A stretch of 64,000 nucleotides of DNA from an uncultured delta proteobacterium (GTDB lineage: Bacteria > Myxococcota_A > Polyangia > Polyangiales > Polyangiaceae), in contig CAWJCS010000002.1 in NCBI GenBank assembly GCA_963841435.1, forward strand, positions 224,001 through 288,000. Direction: 5' to 3'. Positions 32,108-41,229 of the stretch are shown piece by piece. Position 1 is the first letter of the stretch. Each line of letters opens with the position of its first letter. The notes beneath the pieces were generated by a model. The model saw only the letters and a program-made list of their open reading frames with translations, searched no databases and was not told the origin of the DNA. The position numbers and the translations under genes are program-made.

Positions 32108-32267
32108 GACCCAAGCTCCCGATGCGGGTTTTCCCACGAAAGGCCTTTTGGCGCCAGGCGTGGCGGTTCGCGCCCCGCTTCGCCGCTGCGCGCACGTAGC
32201 GCAGCCACGGCCTCGGGCTCACCGCTTCAAAGGAGCGCTGCTTGCAAAGCGGCATGCGGCGCCCCAT

Positions 32268-33479
32268 ATGCATGGCGTGAGCCACCCCAGTTTCGTCGTC
32301 GCCTCCTGGGCTGCCTGGCTCGTCGTGGTCGTTGCGGCCGCGGCGTTCCGAAGCCGCGCGTACGCCACGTTCCGGGGCGTCACGCTGGGCCTCCAGGTGC
32401 TGATTGCAGGCGGGCTGGCGTCGTACTTCGCGCCGGTGTTCCCGGCGTTCGCGTATCTCCAGGCCACCGTCTTTCTGAGCTCCCTCGTCTTGATTCGGCC
32501 GAAGCTCCGCGGGCCGCTCTACCGGGCGACCGTCAGCGTGCCGGCGGCTTTTTTTGCCGCGGGGACGCTGCTCGCCGCGCCCTGGGCGGTCGTCGCGGCC
32601 TTCGGTCTCACGCCGCACGGCGCGTGGATTCCGTACGTGTTCGCTGCCGTGGGTATCGTTCAGTCCCTCAGTACGCGTGAAGAGGTGATCGACCTCGTCG
32701 TCGCTGACGGCGAGCACGTCGAGGGGCTTCGTCGGCACGCGCGGGGCGCGTTGCGCGTCGAGCGCCCGCTCACGATCGTTCAGATCACCGATCCGCACCT
32801 CGGTCCCTTCATGTCGGTGGCGCGCCTGCGGCGCATCTGCGAGCGCGCCGTCGCGCGAAAGCCGGATCTCGTCGTTTTGACCGGCGACTTTCTCACGATG
32901 GAATCGCAGCGGCGCCCCGAGCTCCTGACGGCGGCCCTCGAGCCACTGCGCGCGCTCGAAGGCCGCACGTTCGCCTGCCTCGGCAATCACGATCACGAGG
33001 CGCTCGCGACCGTGGAGCACGCGCTCGCGACGAACGGCGTGCGGCTGCTCGTCGACGACGCCGTGGAGCTTTCGACCGAGGCCGGCAACGTCCAGATCCT
33101 AGGGCTCGACTTCATGTGGCGCGGCCGCGCCGAGCACCTTCTTCGCGTGACGGCGCGGCACCCGCGCAGGGCAGGCTCGCTCAGGCTCCTTTTGCTGCAC
33201 GATCCGGGTGCGTTCCGTCACGTTCCCGAGGGCGAAGCGGACCTGGTGCTGTCGGGTCACACGCACGGCGGCCAGGTCGGGCTGGTGAGCCTCGGCCTTC
33301 CGCACACCATGATGCGCGCGTTCGTGCGCGCGCCGGACCACGGGCTCTGGGCGCGCGGCGTTGACCGCCTGTACGTGCATCGCGGCACCGGTCACTATGG
33401 CTTTCCGCTGAGGCTGGGTGTGCCCGCCGAAGAGAGCGTCCTGCAGGTGCACGTCGCGGGTGCCGGCTCTGCCGCGTAG
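32268..33479 (+). CDS. Membrane-anchored metallophosphoesterase (YkuE/YaeI-like)
   Basis: TDPH, TGDF, GNHD, LHDP, SGHTHGGQ; N-terminal TM helices. Confidence 0.9.
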   Translation: MHGVSHPSFVVASWAAWLVVVVAAAAFRSRAYATFRGVTLGLQVLIAGGLASYFAPVFPAFAYLQATVFLSSLVLIRPKLRGPLYRATVSVPAAFFAAGTLLAAPWAVVAAFGLTPHGAWIPYVFAAVGIVQSLSTREEVIDLVVADGEHVEGLRRHARGALRVERPLTIVQITDPHLGPFMSVARLRRICERAVARKPDLVVLTGDFLTMESQRRPELLTAALEPLRALEGRTFACLGNHDHEALATVEHALATNGVRLLVDDAVELSTEAGNVQILGLDFMWRGRAEHLLRVTARHPRRAGSLRLLLLHDPGAFRHVPEGEADLVLSGHTHGGQVGLVSLGLPHTMMRAFVRAPDHGLWARGVDRLYVHRGTGHYGFPLRLGVPAEESVLQVHVAGAGSAA

Positions 33480-33683
33480 CGGGGCGCGTCGTCGGCCGGA
33501 TTTCTCAGCTTGCTCGGAACGAGAACGTCCGGGACGCCGGCTTGCAGGCCGCTCGCTGTCCCGGCGTCGTTTTCGTCGCGGAGCGAGCGCGGCAGGCGGT
33601 CGCAAGCCGTGGCATGCTTCGTGGATGGGTCATGGGGAGCGCCGCGTGTCGTCGCGGGCGGTCGGTGGAAGGGAACTTTTTCG

Positions 33684-33935
33684 ATGTCAGTTCTTGCTGA
33701 GATTGCGCGCGTCGCCAGGCTCCTCCGGGGCATTCCCGTGTGGGAGGTGTTTCCGGACAGCGCCGCGGAGCATGCGGGTATTCGCTTCGGTGACGTCATC
33801 CTGAGTGTCAACGGCGTGCCGACGCCGACGTTCCAGAAGTTTCTGGCCGCCGGAGCCGACCATCTCGAATCCCTCGAGTTCGAGGTATTCAGAAACGGCG
33901 AGCGCCTTCGCCTGCGTCCGGTTTCGGGTAACTAG
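33684..33935 (+). CDS. Small stand-alone PDZ-domain protein
   Basis: VWEVFPDSAAEHAGIRFGDVILSVNG...VFRNGE. Confidence 0.8.
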   Translation: MSVLAEIARVARLLRGIPVWEVFPDSAAEHAGIRFGDVILSVNGVPTPTFQKFLAAGADHLESLEFEVFRNGERLRLRPVSGN

Positions 33936-34642
33936 CGCTCGCTCGCGGAGCCCCTGAGCTCCTTCGCGAGGCCCGAAAGCACGCCGGCTGCGTCCTTCTC
34001 GATGTTGTCGCCGTGGCCGACGATGATGCGCACGAGCCCGTTCGAGGCCACGCGGTCGAAGTGCCCGGCGAGCTCCGCCTTGTTCTTGATCATCACCATA
34101 CGCTGGAAACGGGGTACTCCGGGACGCCCTGTGGGCGCGAGGAACAAGCCCATGAGGCCGCCGGACTTCGGCATGTTGAGCACGGTGTCGTTGAAGACGG
34201 CGGTGGTGCCGCCGTCCGTCTGGACGAGCAGCACGCCCTCTTTGCCCTTCATGCCGTCGAGGTGCTCGGCTCGCACGCCAGCGTCGCGCGGGATGGCCTC
34301 GTAGTCGCCGTTGACGGGCGCGACTTTGCTCACGGTCTTCATGGCGGCGCGTGGCGCGTAGACCTTGGCCTCAGGGTAGCGCGCCTTCCAGATGCCCGCG
34401 TCCTGGCGGTGAAACCCGTTCGGTACGACGATGGCTGCCACGTTGCCGAAGGCGTCGATCTCCTTCATCTCGTCGTCGTCGAGCGCGATGGCGTTGTGCA
34501 CGATGACGCGGCCGTCCGAAAGTCGGGCGAGCGTCATGCGGCGCTGGTTGCCCTTCGGCATCGTGCCGCTCACGCTCCAGAGGTTCGGTGCCAGCTTTTC
34601 GACGGGCTGGTGCGGCAAGACCGTCCACTCCGTAAAGCTCAT
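33932..34642 (-). CDS. DUF4336-like metallo-beta-lactamase-fold protein
   Basis: RRMTLARLSDG, IVVPNGFHRQD, WKARYP, IIVGHG. Confidence 0.75.
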   Translation of the reverse strand: MSFTEWTVLPHQPVEKLAPNLWSVSGTMPKGNQRRMTLARLSDGRVIVHNAIALDDDEMKEIDAFGNVAAIVVPNGFHRQDAGIWKARYPEAKVYAPRAAMKTVSKVAPVNGDYEAIPRDAGVRAEHLDGMKGKEGVLLVQTDGGTTAVFNDTVLNMPKSGGLMGLFLAPTGRPGVPRFQRMVMIKNKAELAGHFDRVASNGLVRIIVGHGDNIEKDAAGVLSGLAKELRGSASER

Positions 34643-34689
34643 GGCGCGGACGGTACCCAACCCTGGGCCTCGCGACAATCGGTCCGCGC

Positions 34690-35748
34690 TCAGGGGGGCG
34701 TGTACCGATAAAGCTCGATCCAGTCGTACGTGACGCTGGCGCCCACCGTCGCGTCGCCGACGGGCCCCGCCCAGCTCGCGCTCGACGACGCCCAGATCGT
34801 CATGAGCACGTTCTGGGGCAACTTCATGAGGTCGATGCGAGTGGTCCAGACGTAGCGCGGGATGTCGTCGATCGAAAACGTTGCTCCCGCGGGCGTCCAT
34901 TCGATGGCGTAGACGTGAAAATCCCCCGATGCGTCGAACCCCAGTACCTCGGCGTGGGGGTCCTGCGTCGGCGTGACCGAGGTCGTTACGGGCGGGGTCG
35001 TCGGCGGCCCCGTGTACACCTGCGCGTTCAGCTGCACCGAGCCGGGATCCTTCCCGAGACATTCGATGTCGAGCTCGTTCCAGTCGTCGGCGGGCCAGGG
35101 CGTATAGATCGTCACGAGCGACGACACGACCGCGGAGCCCGACGCCAGGCGGGCGCGCGCCCGCACCCGCCCGTAGCTGAGCGTGTCGAGCGAGCGTACC
35201 TCGGCCCCAAAGTACGGCTTCTCGACCCCGTTGGAGTTGACCGTACCGGTCGGGGCCGAGATCAGCGTGAGCGAGAGCATGCCGCCGTTAACGGCGACCG
35301 CCTGGTCCGAGAACAAGGCGAGGTTCGTGTCCCACGAGTGGGTCATAATCTGCCAGCGCGACGAATCGAGCGCGTCGAAGTCGTCGCGGAACACCAGCGT
35401 AAATCCGTCGGACGTGCCCCCGCTGCCGCCGTTGCTCGCGAGCCCCGCACCGCCGCCCAGGCCGCCACCCACACCTGCGCTCCCGCTCACGCCCCCACCG
35501 ACCCCCGCGCTGCCGCTGCCGCCAACGTCTGAGCTCCCGCCGACGCTGCCAAAAGCGGCCGCGCTCCCGGCTTCGCTGCTACCAGCGGCCGCAAGCCCCC
35601 CCGCGCCGCCCGTCCCCGCTCCGGCGTCACCCGCCATGCCGCCGCTACCCGATGGACCACCGTCTGCGGCTCGCGGCGCGTCCTCGGCGGTATCGCAGCC
35701 TGCGAGGCACAGAGCGGCGACGAGCAGCACCTTCGCATGCTTGGGCAC
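34690..35748 (-). CDS. GH16 lichenase/beta-glucanase-like lipoprotein
   Basis: Lipobox CLAG-C, LVFRDDF, catalytic ELDIE, FHVYAIEWTP. Confidence 0.9.
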   Translation of the reverse strand: MPKHAKVLLVAALCLAGCDTAEDAPRAADGGPSGSGGMAGDAGAGTGGAGGLAAAGSSEAGSAAAFGSVGGSSDVGGSGSAGVGGGVSGSAGVGGGLGGGAGLASNGGSGGTSDGFTLVFRDDFDALDSSRWQIMTHSWDTNLALFSDQAVAVNGGMLSLTLISAPTGTVNSNGVEKPYFGAEVRSLDTLSYGRVRARARLASGSAVVSSLVTIYTPWPADDWNELDIECLGKDPGSVQLNAQVYTGPPTTPPVTTSVTPTQDPHAEVLGFDASGDFHVYAIEWTPAGATFSIDDIPRYVWTTRIDLMKLPQNVLMTIWASSSASWAGPVGDATVGASVTYDWIELYRYTPP

Positions 35749-35840
35749 GAAAAAGACGTACGAGCACGCCCGACGTGCCGCATCTCGGTTCTTGCTCTTT
35801 GTCGAGGCGCGCCGCGGGCGCGCCTGCCATATTCGAGGGG

Positions 35841-36659
35841 TTGGGCGCGCTCTACCAACCCTTCCCCATGCTGCCGGGCAAGCGTGCCCAACTGTGGCGG
35901 CACCAGCCCTCCTACCTGCGGCCGCGGCACTTCCACGCCGAGCCGGAGATCAACTGGATCACGCGCGGCAGGGCCCGCATGGGCGTCGGCTCGCGCACGG
36001 TCGAGGTGCGAGCAGGGGACGTGCTCTTCTTGCCGGCTGGTGTCGACCACGTTCTGCTCGACGCAACGACTGATCTCGAGCTGTTCGTGAGCGCACTCGC
36101 GCCCGAGCTTGCCGCACGCGTCGTCGTACTGCCCGCGACCCTTGCCGCCGGCGGGACCCGCCTCGACGAACGGCGCCTTTACGGGCTCGAGGAGGAGCTC
36201 GTCGCGCTCGGCGAGGTGCGAGACCCCGGCATCCACGAGGCGCGCGTCGCCGGGCTCTTCTTCGAAATGTGGCGGCTCGCTGCACCGGTCCCGGCCCTCA
36301 GTCGGCGCGCGCTCACGGCAATCTCGAGCGATCCGACGTTGAGCGAAGCCGCGCTCGCCCGGCGTTTCCGAACGGGGCCGAGTCGCGTCAGTCGCCAGGT
36401 CCGCCACGACCTCGGCGTCAAGCTCGTGGACTATCGCACGCGCCTGCGCCTGATGCGCTTCATCGAGCTCGTCGATGCCGGCCGTACCTACGTCACCGCT
36501 GCACTCGACGCCGGTTTCGGCAGCTATGCCCAGTGCCACCGCATGTTCCGCCGCATTGTCGCTTGCTCTCCCAGCGACTACTTCGGCGGTGCACGTTTCG
36601 CGATCGACACCCTCACGGCGGGCGGGCTCGACGGGCGCGGGGCGAAGGTCGCAGACTGA
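35841..36659 (+). CDS. AraC-family regulator with cupin domain, divergent from GH16
   Basis: RPRHFHAEPEIN; C-terminal ALDAGFGSYAQCHRMF. Confidence 0.9.
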   Translation: MGALYQPFPMLPGKRAQLWRHQPSYLRPRHFHAEPEINWITRGRARMGVGSRTVEVRAGDVLFLPAGVDHVLLDATTDLELFVSALAPELAARVVVLPATLAAGGTRLDERRLYGLEEELVALGEVRDPGIHEARVAGLFFEMWRLAAPVPALSRRALTAISSDPTLSEAALARRFRTGPSRVSRQVRHDLGVKLVDYRTRLRLMRFIELVDAGRTYVTAALDAGFGSYAQCHRMFRRIVACSPSDYFGGARFAIDTLTAGGLDGRGAKVAD

Positions 36660-36742
36660 GGACGCGAGCTCGGGGTCTGCCGGCAGCAGCGGCGCTTTTG
36701 CGCTAGGGAGACGGATCCGGGTCGGGTCGCGCCCAGAACGCC

Positions 36743-37726
36743 ATGGTTCCCCTTTCCATTCTCGATCTCGCTCCCATTACGCAAGGGAGCAACGTGCACG
36801 AGGCGCTCCAGCATTCCCGCGAGCTCGCGCAGCACGCCGAGCGCTGGGGCTATCGCCGCCTGTGGCTCGCGGAGCACCACAACATGCCGGGCGTCGCGAG
36901 CGCGGCCACGGCCGTCGCCATCGGGTACGTCGCAGGTGGAACGGAGACGCTGCGCGTCGGTGCGGGTGGGATCATGCTGCCGAACCACGCGCCGCTCGTC
37001 GTGGCCGAACAGTTCGGGACGCTCGCGTCGCTGTATCCGGGGCGCATCAATCTCGGCCTCGGTCGGGCCCCGGGCACCGACCCGCTCACGATGCGCGCGT
37101 TGCGCCGGCACCTGCAAGCGGGCGACGGCTTCCCCGAAGACGTCGTCGAGCTCCTGCGCTACTTCGAGCCCGAAGCTCCCGACCAGCCGATCCGCGCCGT
37201 GCCGGGCGCCGGCGTCGAGGTGCCGGTGTGGCTGCTCGGGTCGAGCCTGTACAGCGCCCAGCTTGCGGCGCGGCTCGGGCTGCCGTTCGCGTTTGCGGCC
37301 CACTTTGCGCCCGATCACTTGATGGAGGCGCTCGAGATCTACCGGCGGCAGTTTCGCCCGTCGGCCGCGCTCGCCGAGCCGTACGCGATGGCGTGCACGC
37401 ACGTCTTCGCCGCCGAGACCGACGCCGAGGCGCGGCGTCTGTTCACGTCGCTCGAGCAGGCTTTCGTGAACTTGCGCAGCGGGCGCCCGGGCCGCTTGCC
37501 GCCGCCGCTCGAGCCCGCTGACGCGGCCGAGCTCCACGCCGCTTGTGGCGACGCGCTCGCGCACCTCTTTCAGTACGCCGTCGTCGGCGCTCCGCACACC
37601 GTGCGGCAGGGGGTCACGGACTTCGTCACCCTCACGGGCGTGAACGAGCTCATGGTGACGGCCATGATTTTCGATCACACCGCGCGCCTCAGGTCCTTCG
37701 AGATCCTCGCGGGCCTCTTCGGCTGA
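36743..37726 (+). CDS. LLM-class flavin-dependent oxidoreductase (YhbW-like)
   Basis: [38 protein letters not shown]. Confidence 0.92.
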   Translation: MVPLSILDLAPITQGSNVHEALQHSRELAQHAERWGYRRLWLAEHHNMPGVASAATAVAIGYVAGGTETLRVGAGGIMLPNHAPLVVAEQFGTLASLYPGRINLGLGRAPGTDPLTMRALRRHLQAGDGFPEDVVELLRYFEPEAPDQPIRAVPGAGVEVPVWLLGSSLYSAQLAARLGLPFAFAAHFAPDHLMEALEIYRRQFRPSAALAEPYAMACTHVFAAETDAEARRLFTSLEQAFVNLRSGRPGRLPPPLEPADAAELHAACGDALAHLFQYAVVGAPHTVRQGVTDFVTLTGVNELMVTAMIFDHTARLRSFEILAGLFG

Positions 37727-37839
37727 GGGGGTTGCCACGGCTCACCCCGCGCCGCCCCGCGGGGAAATGCGCCGTCCCGGTTGGACCTCGTTCTCGCGCG
37801 CGGGGAACACCGGGCCGTCGCGGCTGTCTGTACGGAGCA

Positions 37840-38493
37840 ATGCGCGCCCCATCCCTCACGCGACGGGAGCTCGCCGGATCCGTTCTGGCGGTCGGCTTCG
37901 CCTGGGCCCGGCCCGCCCATGCCGACGCGCTTCGCGAGGTGGTGCTGCAGCCGCTCGGACCCAGTAGCGCGCCGCTCGCCGCCTACGCCGAGCGCGCCCT
38001 CGCGGCCTTCTACACGGTGAAAGTCCGCGCGGCCGGCCAGATGGAGCTCCCGCGTTCCGCCTACTACGCGCCGCGTGGCCGCTACCGTGCCGAAAAGCTG
38101 CTTTCCGCGCTCGCCGAGCGACACCCGGATGCGTTTCGCGTGCTCGGCCTCGCCGCGGTCAACATCTCGACGACGAAGGGAAAAGTCGTCGACTGGGGCG
38201 TGCTCGGTCTCGCGAGCATCGACGGACGCGCGGGCGTGCTCTCTGGCTTCCGCTGCAAGCGAGGCGCGCGCGGCCCGGCACACGCCGCCGAACGGCTCGG
38301 CAAGACCGCCGTCCACGAGCTCGGCCACACCTTCGGCCTCGAGCACTGCCAGCACGTCGGCTGCCTGATGGAAGACGGCAAGGGCACCGTCCTCACGACG
38401 GACCGTGAAACCGACCTTTGCACGAGCTGTCGAGCGAAGCTCGTCGCGCGCAACCTACTGCGCACGGACGGCGTGCCGCCCTGGCACGTCTGA
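37840..38493 (+). CDS. Archaemetzincin (M54) zinc metalloprotease with Tat-like signal
   Basis: HELGHTFGLEHC-x4-C-LM...CTSC; TRRELAG leader. Confidence 0.88.
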   Translation: MRAPSLTRRELAGSVLAVGFAWARPAHADALREVVLQPLGPSSAPLAAYAERALAAFYTVKVRAAGQMELPRSAYYAPRGRYRAEKLLSALAERHPDAFRVLGLAAVNISTTKGKVVDWGVLGLASIDGRAGVLSGFRCKRGARGPAHAAERLGKTAVHELGHTFGLEHCQHVGCLMEDGKGTVLTTDRETDLCTSCRAKLVARNLLRTDGVPPWHV

Positions 38494-39456
38494 TCACGGC
38501 AGAACGATGCGCCCCGGTGCGTCCTCGGCGCCCGACTCCGTGTGGCAGCCGTTGCAGTCGCCGGTCGTTTGCTCGCCGGCCATGAGGCGCTCGCGCCCCT
38601 CGGACACGACCTTGGCGCGATAGGGGAAGGCGAAGGGCTCCTCGGTCTCGTAGTAGAAGTTGCCGACCGGGTTCACGGCCATGGTGAAGGTCTTGCCGTT
38701 GGCGTCGATGACGATGACCTCCGCGGAGGTGCTCGTTCCATTGGCGCCGTCGCAGTCGTTTGGTTCGTGGGCAGACGGGTAGACGGTGCCGGCGAGCGCG
38801 AACGGTGGGCCGTCCTTGGGCCCGTTGTCATGGCAGTCGATGCACTCGCCGCCGGGGCGCATGGACCGTGAGCCTTCGTTGCCCTGCGTCCAGTAGCGGT
38901 CGCTCGTGCACGTCACGGGTGTGTCGTAGGGGTTGCCGACCACGCCGCCGCTACCGGCCGTGCCCGAATCGCAATCGGCGGGCATGCCGTTTTGGACCCA
39001 CGCTTCGAGAATGTCCGCTTCGGCGCTCGTCGGCGGGTTTGCCGGCGCCGGGGGCATCGGCGCTTCGGGATCGCGCAGGCGCTCGATCGAGACATCGATG
39101 ACGGATCGGGCGGGATCGTTGGAAGACGGCGCCGTCAGGTCCGCGGGCGCGGTCAGCGTCATCGGTACGCCGCGCGGCAATGGATCCGAATGACAGCTCA
39201 CACAGCGCGCGGCGAGCAGCGCGCTCACCTCGCAGAACGAGCCCGCCGACCCGGGCGCCGTCCCACCCGTTGCGCCGGCGCCCGAAGGGCCGCTTCCTCC
39301 CGCAGAACCGGCCGAAGCTTTCTCGCCAACCGGCACGATGGTGCCCTCCACGACGCCGTAGCAGGCGACCGACGACAACGCCGCCGCCCATGCAGCGAGC
39401 GAGCGCCATCGGCGCGCGGACCTTGGCGCGTCGGCGCCGCCGTGCCTCGAAGGCAT
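38494..39456 (-). CDS. Triheme c-type cytochrome lipoprotein
   Basis: Lipobox SVA-C; CVSCH...MPP, MRPGGECIDCH, GDCNGCH. Confidence 0.85.
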   Translation of the reverse strand: MPSRHGGADAPRSARRWRSLAAWAAALSSVACYGVVEGTIVPVGEKASAGSAGGSGPSGAGATGGTAPGSAGSFCEVSALLAARCVSCHSDPLPRGVPMTLTAPADLTAPSSNDPARSVIDVSIERLRDPEAPMPPAPANPPTSAEADILEAWVQNGMPADCDSGTAGSGGVVGNPYDTPVTCTSDRYWTQGNEGSRSMRPGGECIDCHDNGPKDGPPFALAGTVYPSAHEPNDCDGANGTSTSAEVIVIDANGKTFTMAVNPVGNFYYETEEPFAFPYRAKVVSEGRERLMAGEQTTGDCNGCHTESGAEDAPGRIVLP

Positions 39457-39618
39457 CCCATCAGCTTACCACCCTCCGCTCCGAGCAACGCGCTCTTCCC
39501 GATGACCCGCGGTCGCGCGCATCGCGATGCATCGCACACTGTGGTCGTTGGTGGTCGTTGCTCGCTGACTCGGATCCGCTCGACCCTGCACCCGTCGTTC
39601 GATTTCGCTCGGGATGGG

Positions 39619-41229
39619 TCAGCCCTGAATGCCGGGGAGCACGTCGCCGACGGCGGAAAGATCGTAGTTGACCGCCCAAGTATCGTTCGTGCGGCCACTC
39701 ACGCTCGTCGAGCCGTAACCCGGGGTGCCGTTGCGCTCGTAGTCCGCCGGCGAAAGCCCCATCGCCTGGAGGGCCGTGACGAGGAACTGATTGTGGGGGA
39801 TGCCTTGGATGACGTTGCCGTCTTCCTGGGAAAAATAGGAACGGCCGTCCCAATCGATGTAGTCGAGATAGCGGCCCGGCTTGATGAAGCCGCCCGCGCT
39901 TCCGGCGAGCAGGCACGGAACGCTATAGGCGATGTGGTTGAAGCCCAGCTCGTTGCCCCAGTAAACGAGCGAATTGTCGAGGTAGGTAGTGCCGTTCGCT
40001 TCCTCGACGTCGAGCTTGCTCACGAGCTTGGCGAACACTTCGCTCGCGATCCAGGCGTTGATGCCTTGCAGCATGCGGCGCGAGTTCGCGTTGCCGAAGT
40101 CGTGAGCGAGGCCGTGCCAGGTGCCGCCGCTGGCGTCCTCGGAGTGGTAGTGGCCGACGAGCGTCGGGTCGCCGGAGTCCGGTCCGGGGCCGAGCGCCTT
40201 GTGCACGCCCAACGTGATGACACGCGTTCGGTCGCACATCACGGCGGCCGCGACGATGTCGAGGTAGAGGTCCCACTTGGTTTTGATGTCGGTCGGGTCG
40301 AGGCCGCTGTTGTTCGCGAGCGAAGCGGGGGCAACGGGCGCCGTGCAGGACATCGTCGGCGTAGAGCTCAGCCTCGCCTGGAGCTCCGCGACGAGCGTGA
40401 CGTACTGGTCGAGCAGGGCCTTGTCGCCGGCGGAGAGGCGCGCGCTATTCTTGAGCCGGACGTAGTCGTCGTACACGCGGTCGACGAGCAGCTTGTCGCG
40501 GTCGCTCGAGCCGGAGCCCGGATCGGGCGAGGGAGCCGAGCCGAAGACGTCGTTGAAGGCGTCGAGCGGGTTGGTGCGGGCCTTGAGCTGTTGCACCTGG
40601 TTGCCCGGCATGCCGAGGTCGGAGTACGACATCGAGTCGGTCACTCCCTGGGAGAGATGCAGGTAGCGAAGGCCCGGCGTGCTCGGGTAAACCTTCGACG
40701 AGTACGCCATCACCTGGTCGATCGTCGGCACCTCGGCGAGGCTATCGGCGTCGCACGGTGTTGCTGCCGTGCAGGACGAGAAGTTGCCGAGCAGGCCGCC
40801 GTAGTTGTGGTTGACGGCCGGCAAGAAGTCCAAGCCCCGGACGAGCGTGAGCTTCGGCAAGAACGGATTCAGCGCCGGGCCGAGGATCCCGGAGATGCCG
40901 TTCGGCGTTTCGAAGTCGGGCAGCGGGGCCCACGTGTAGTTCTGGCCGGAAACGAGCTTCTGCGTGAGCAGCGTCGTGCCGTCCGCCTTGCTGCCCGAAT
41001 ACTTGCCGTCCTTGAGCTGATAGCCGTTGCCCGTGAAGCTCGGGTACCACTCCTTCACGAGCTGCGTGCTGAACGACTTCATCACGATGAAGCGCTTGGG
41101 CGGTGTGATCGTCTGCCCGATCGCCTCGCGCGGCAGCAGCGACTCGAGGAAGGGCAGGGCGAGAGCGGCCCCTGCCGCGCCTCTGAGGACGGTGCGACGC
41201 GAAAGCAGTGCCGGTCGAGAAGAACTCAT
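39619..41229 (-). CDS. DUF1552 Tat-exported protein
   Basis: LSRRTVLRG..ALALPFLESL, TIDQV, LSAGDKALLD, WHGLAH, TYLDNSLV; ATGA overlap with the upstream gene. Confidence 0.9.
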   Translation of the reverse strand: MSSSRPALLSRRTVLRGAAGAALALPFLESLLPREAIGQTITPPKRFIVMKSFSTQLVKEWYPSFTGNGYQLKDGKYSGSKADGTTLLTQKLVSGQNYTWAPLPDFETPNGISGILGPALNPFLPKLTLVRGLDFLPAVNHNYGGLLGNFSSCTAATPCDADSLAEVPTIDQVMAYSSKVYPSTPGLRYLHLSQGVTDSMSYSDLGMPGNQVQQLKARTNPLDAFNDVFGSAPSPDPGSGSSDRDKLLVDRVYDDYVRLKNSARLSAGDKALLDQYVTLVAELQARLSSTPTMSCTAPVAPASLANNSGLDPTDIKTKWDLYLDIVAAAVMCDRTRVITLGVHKALGPGPDSGDPTLVGHYHSEDASGGTWHGLAHDFGNANSRRMLQGINAWIASEVFAKLVSKLDVEEANGTTYLDNSLVYWGNELGFNHIAYSVPCLLAGSAGGFIKPGRYLDYIDWDGRSYFSQEDGNVIQGIPHNQFLVTALQAMGLSPADYERNGTPGYGSTSVSGRTNDTWAVNYDLSAVGDVLPGIQG

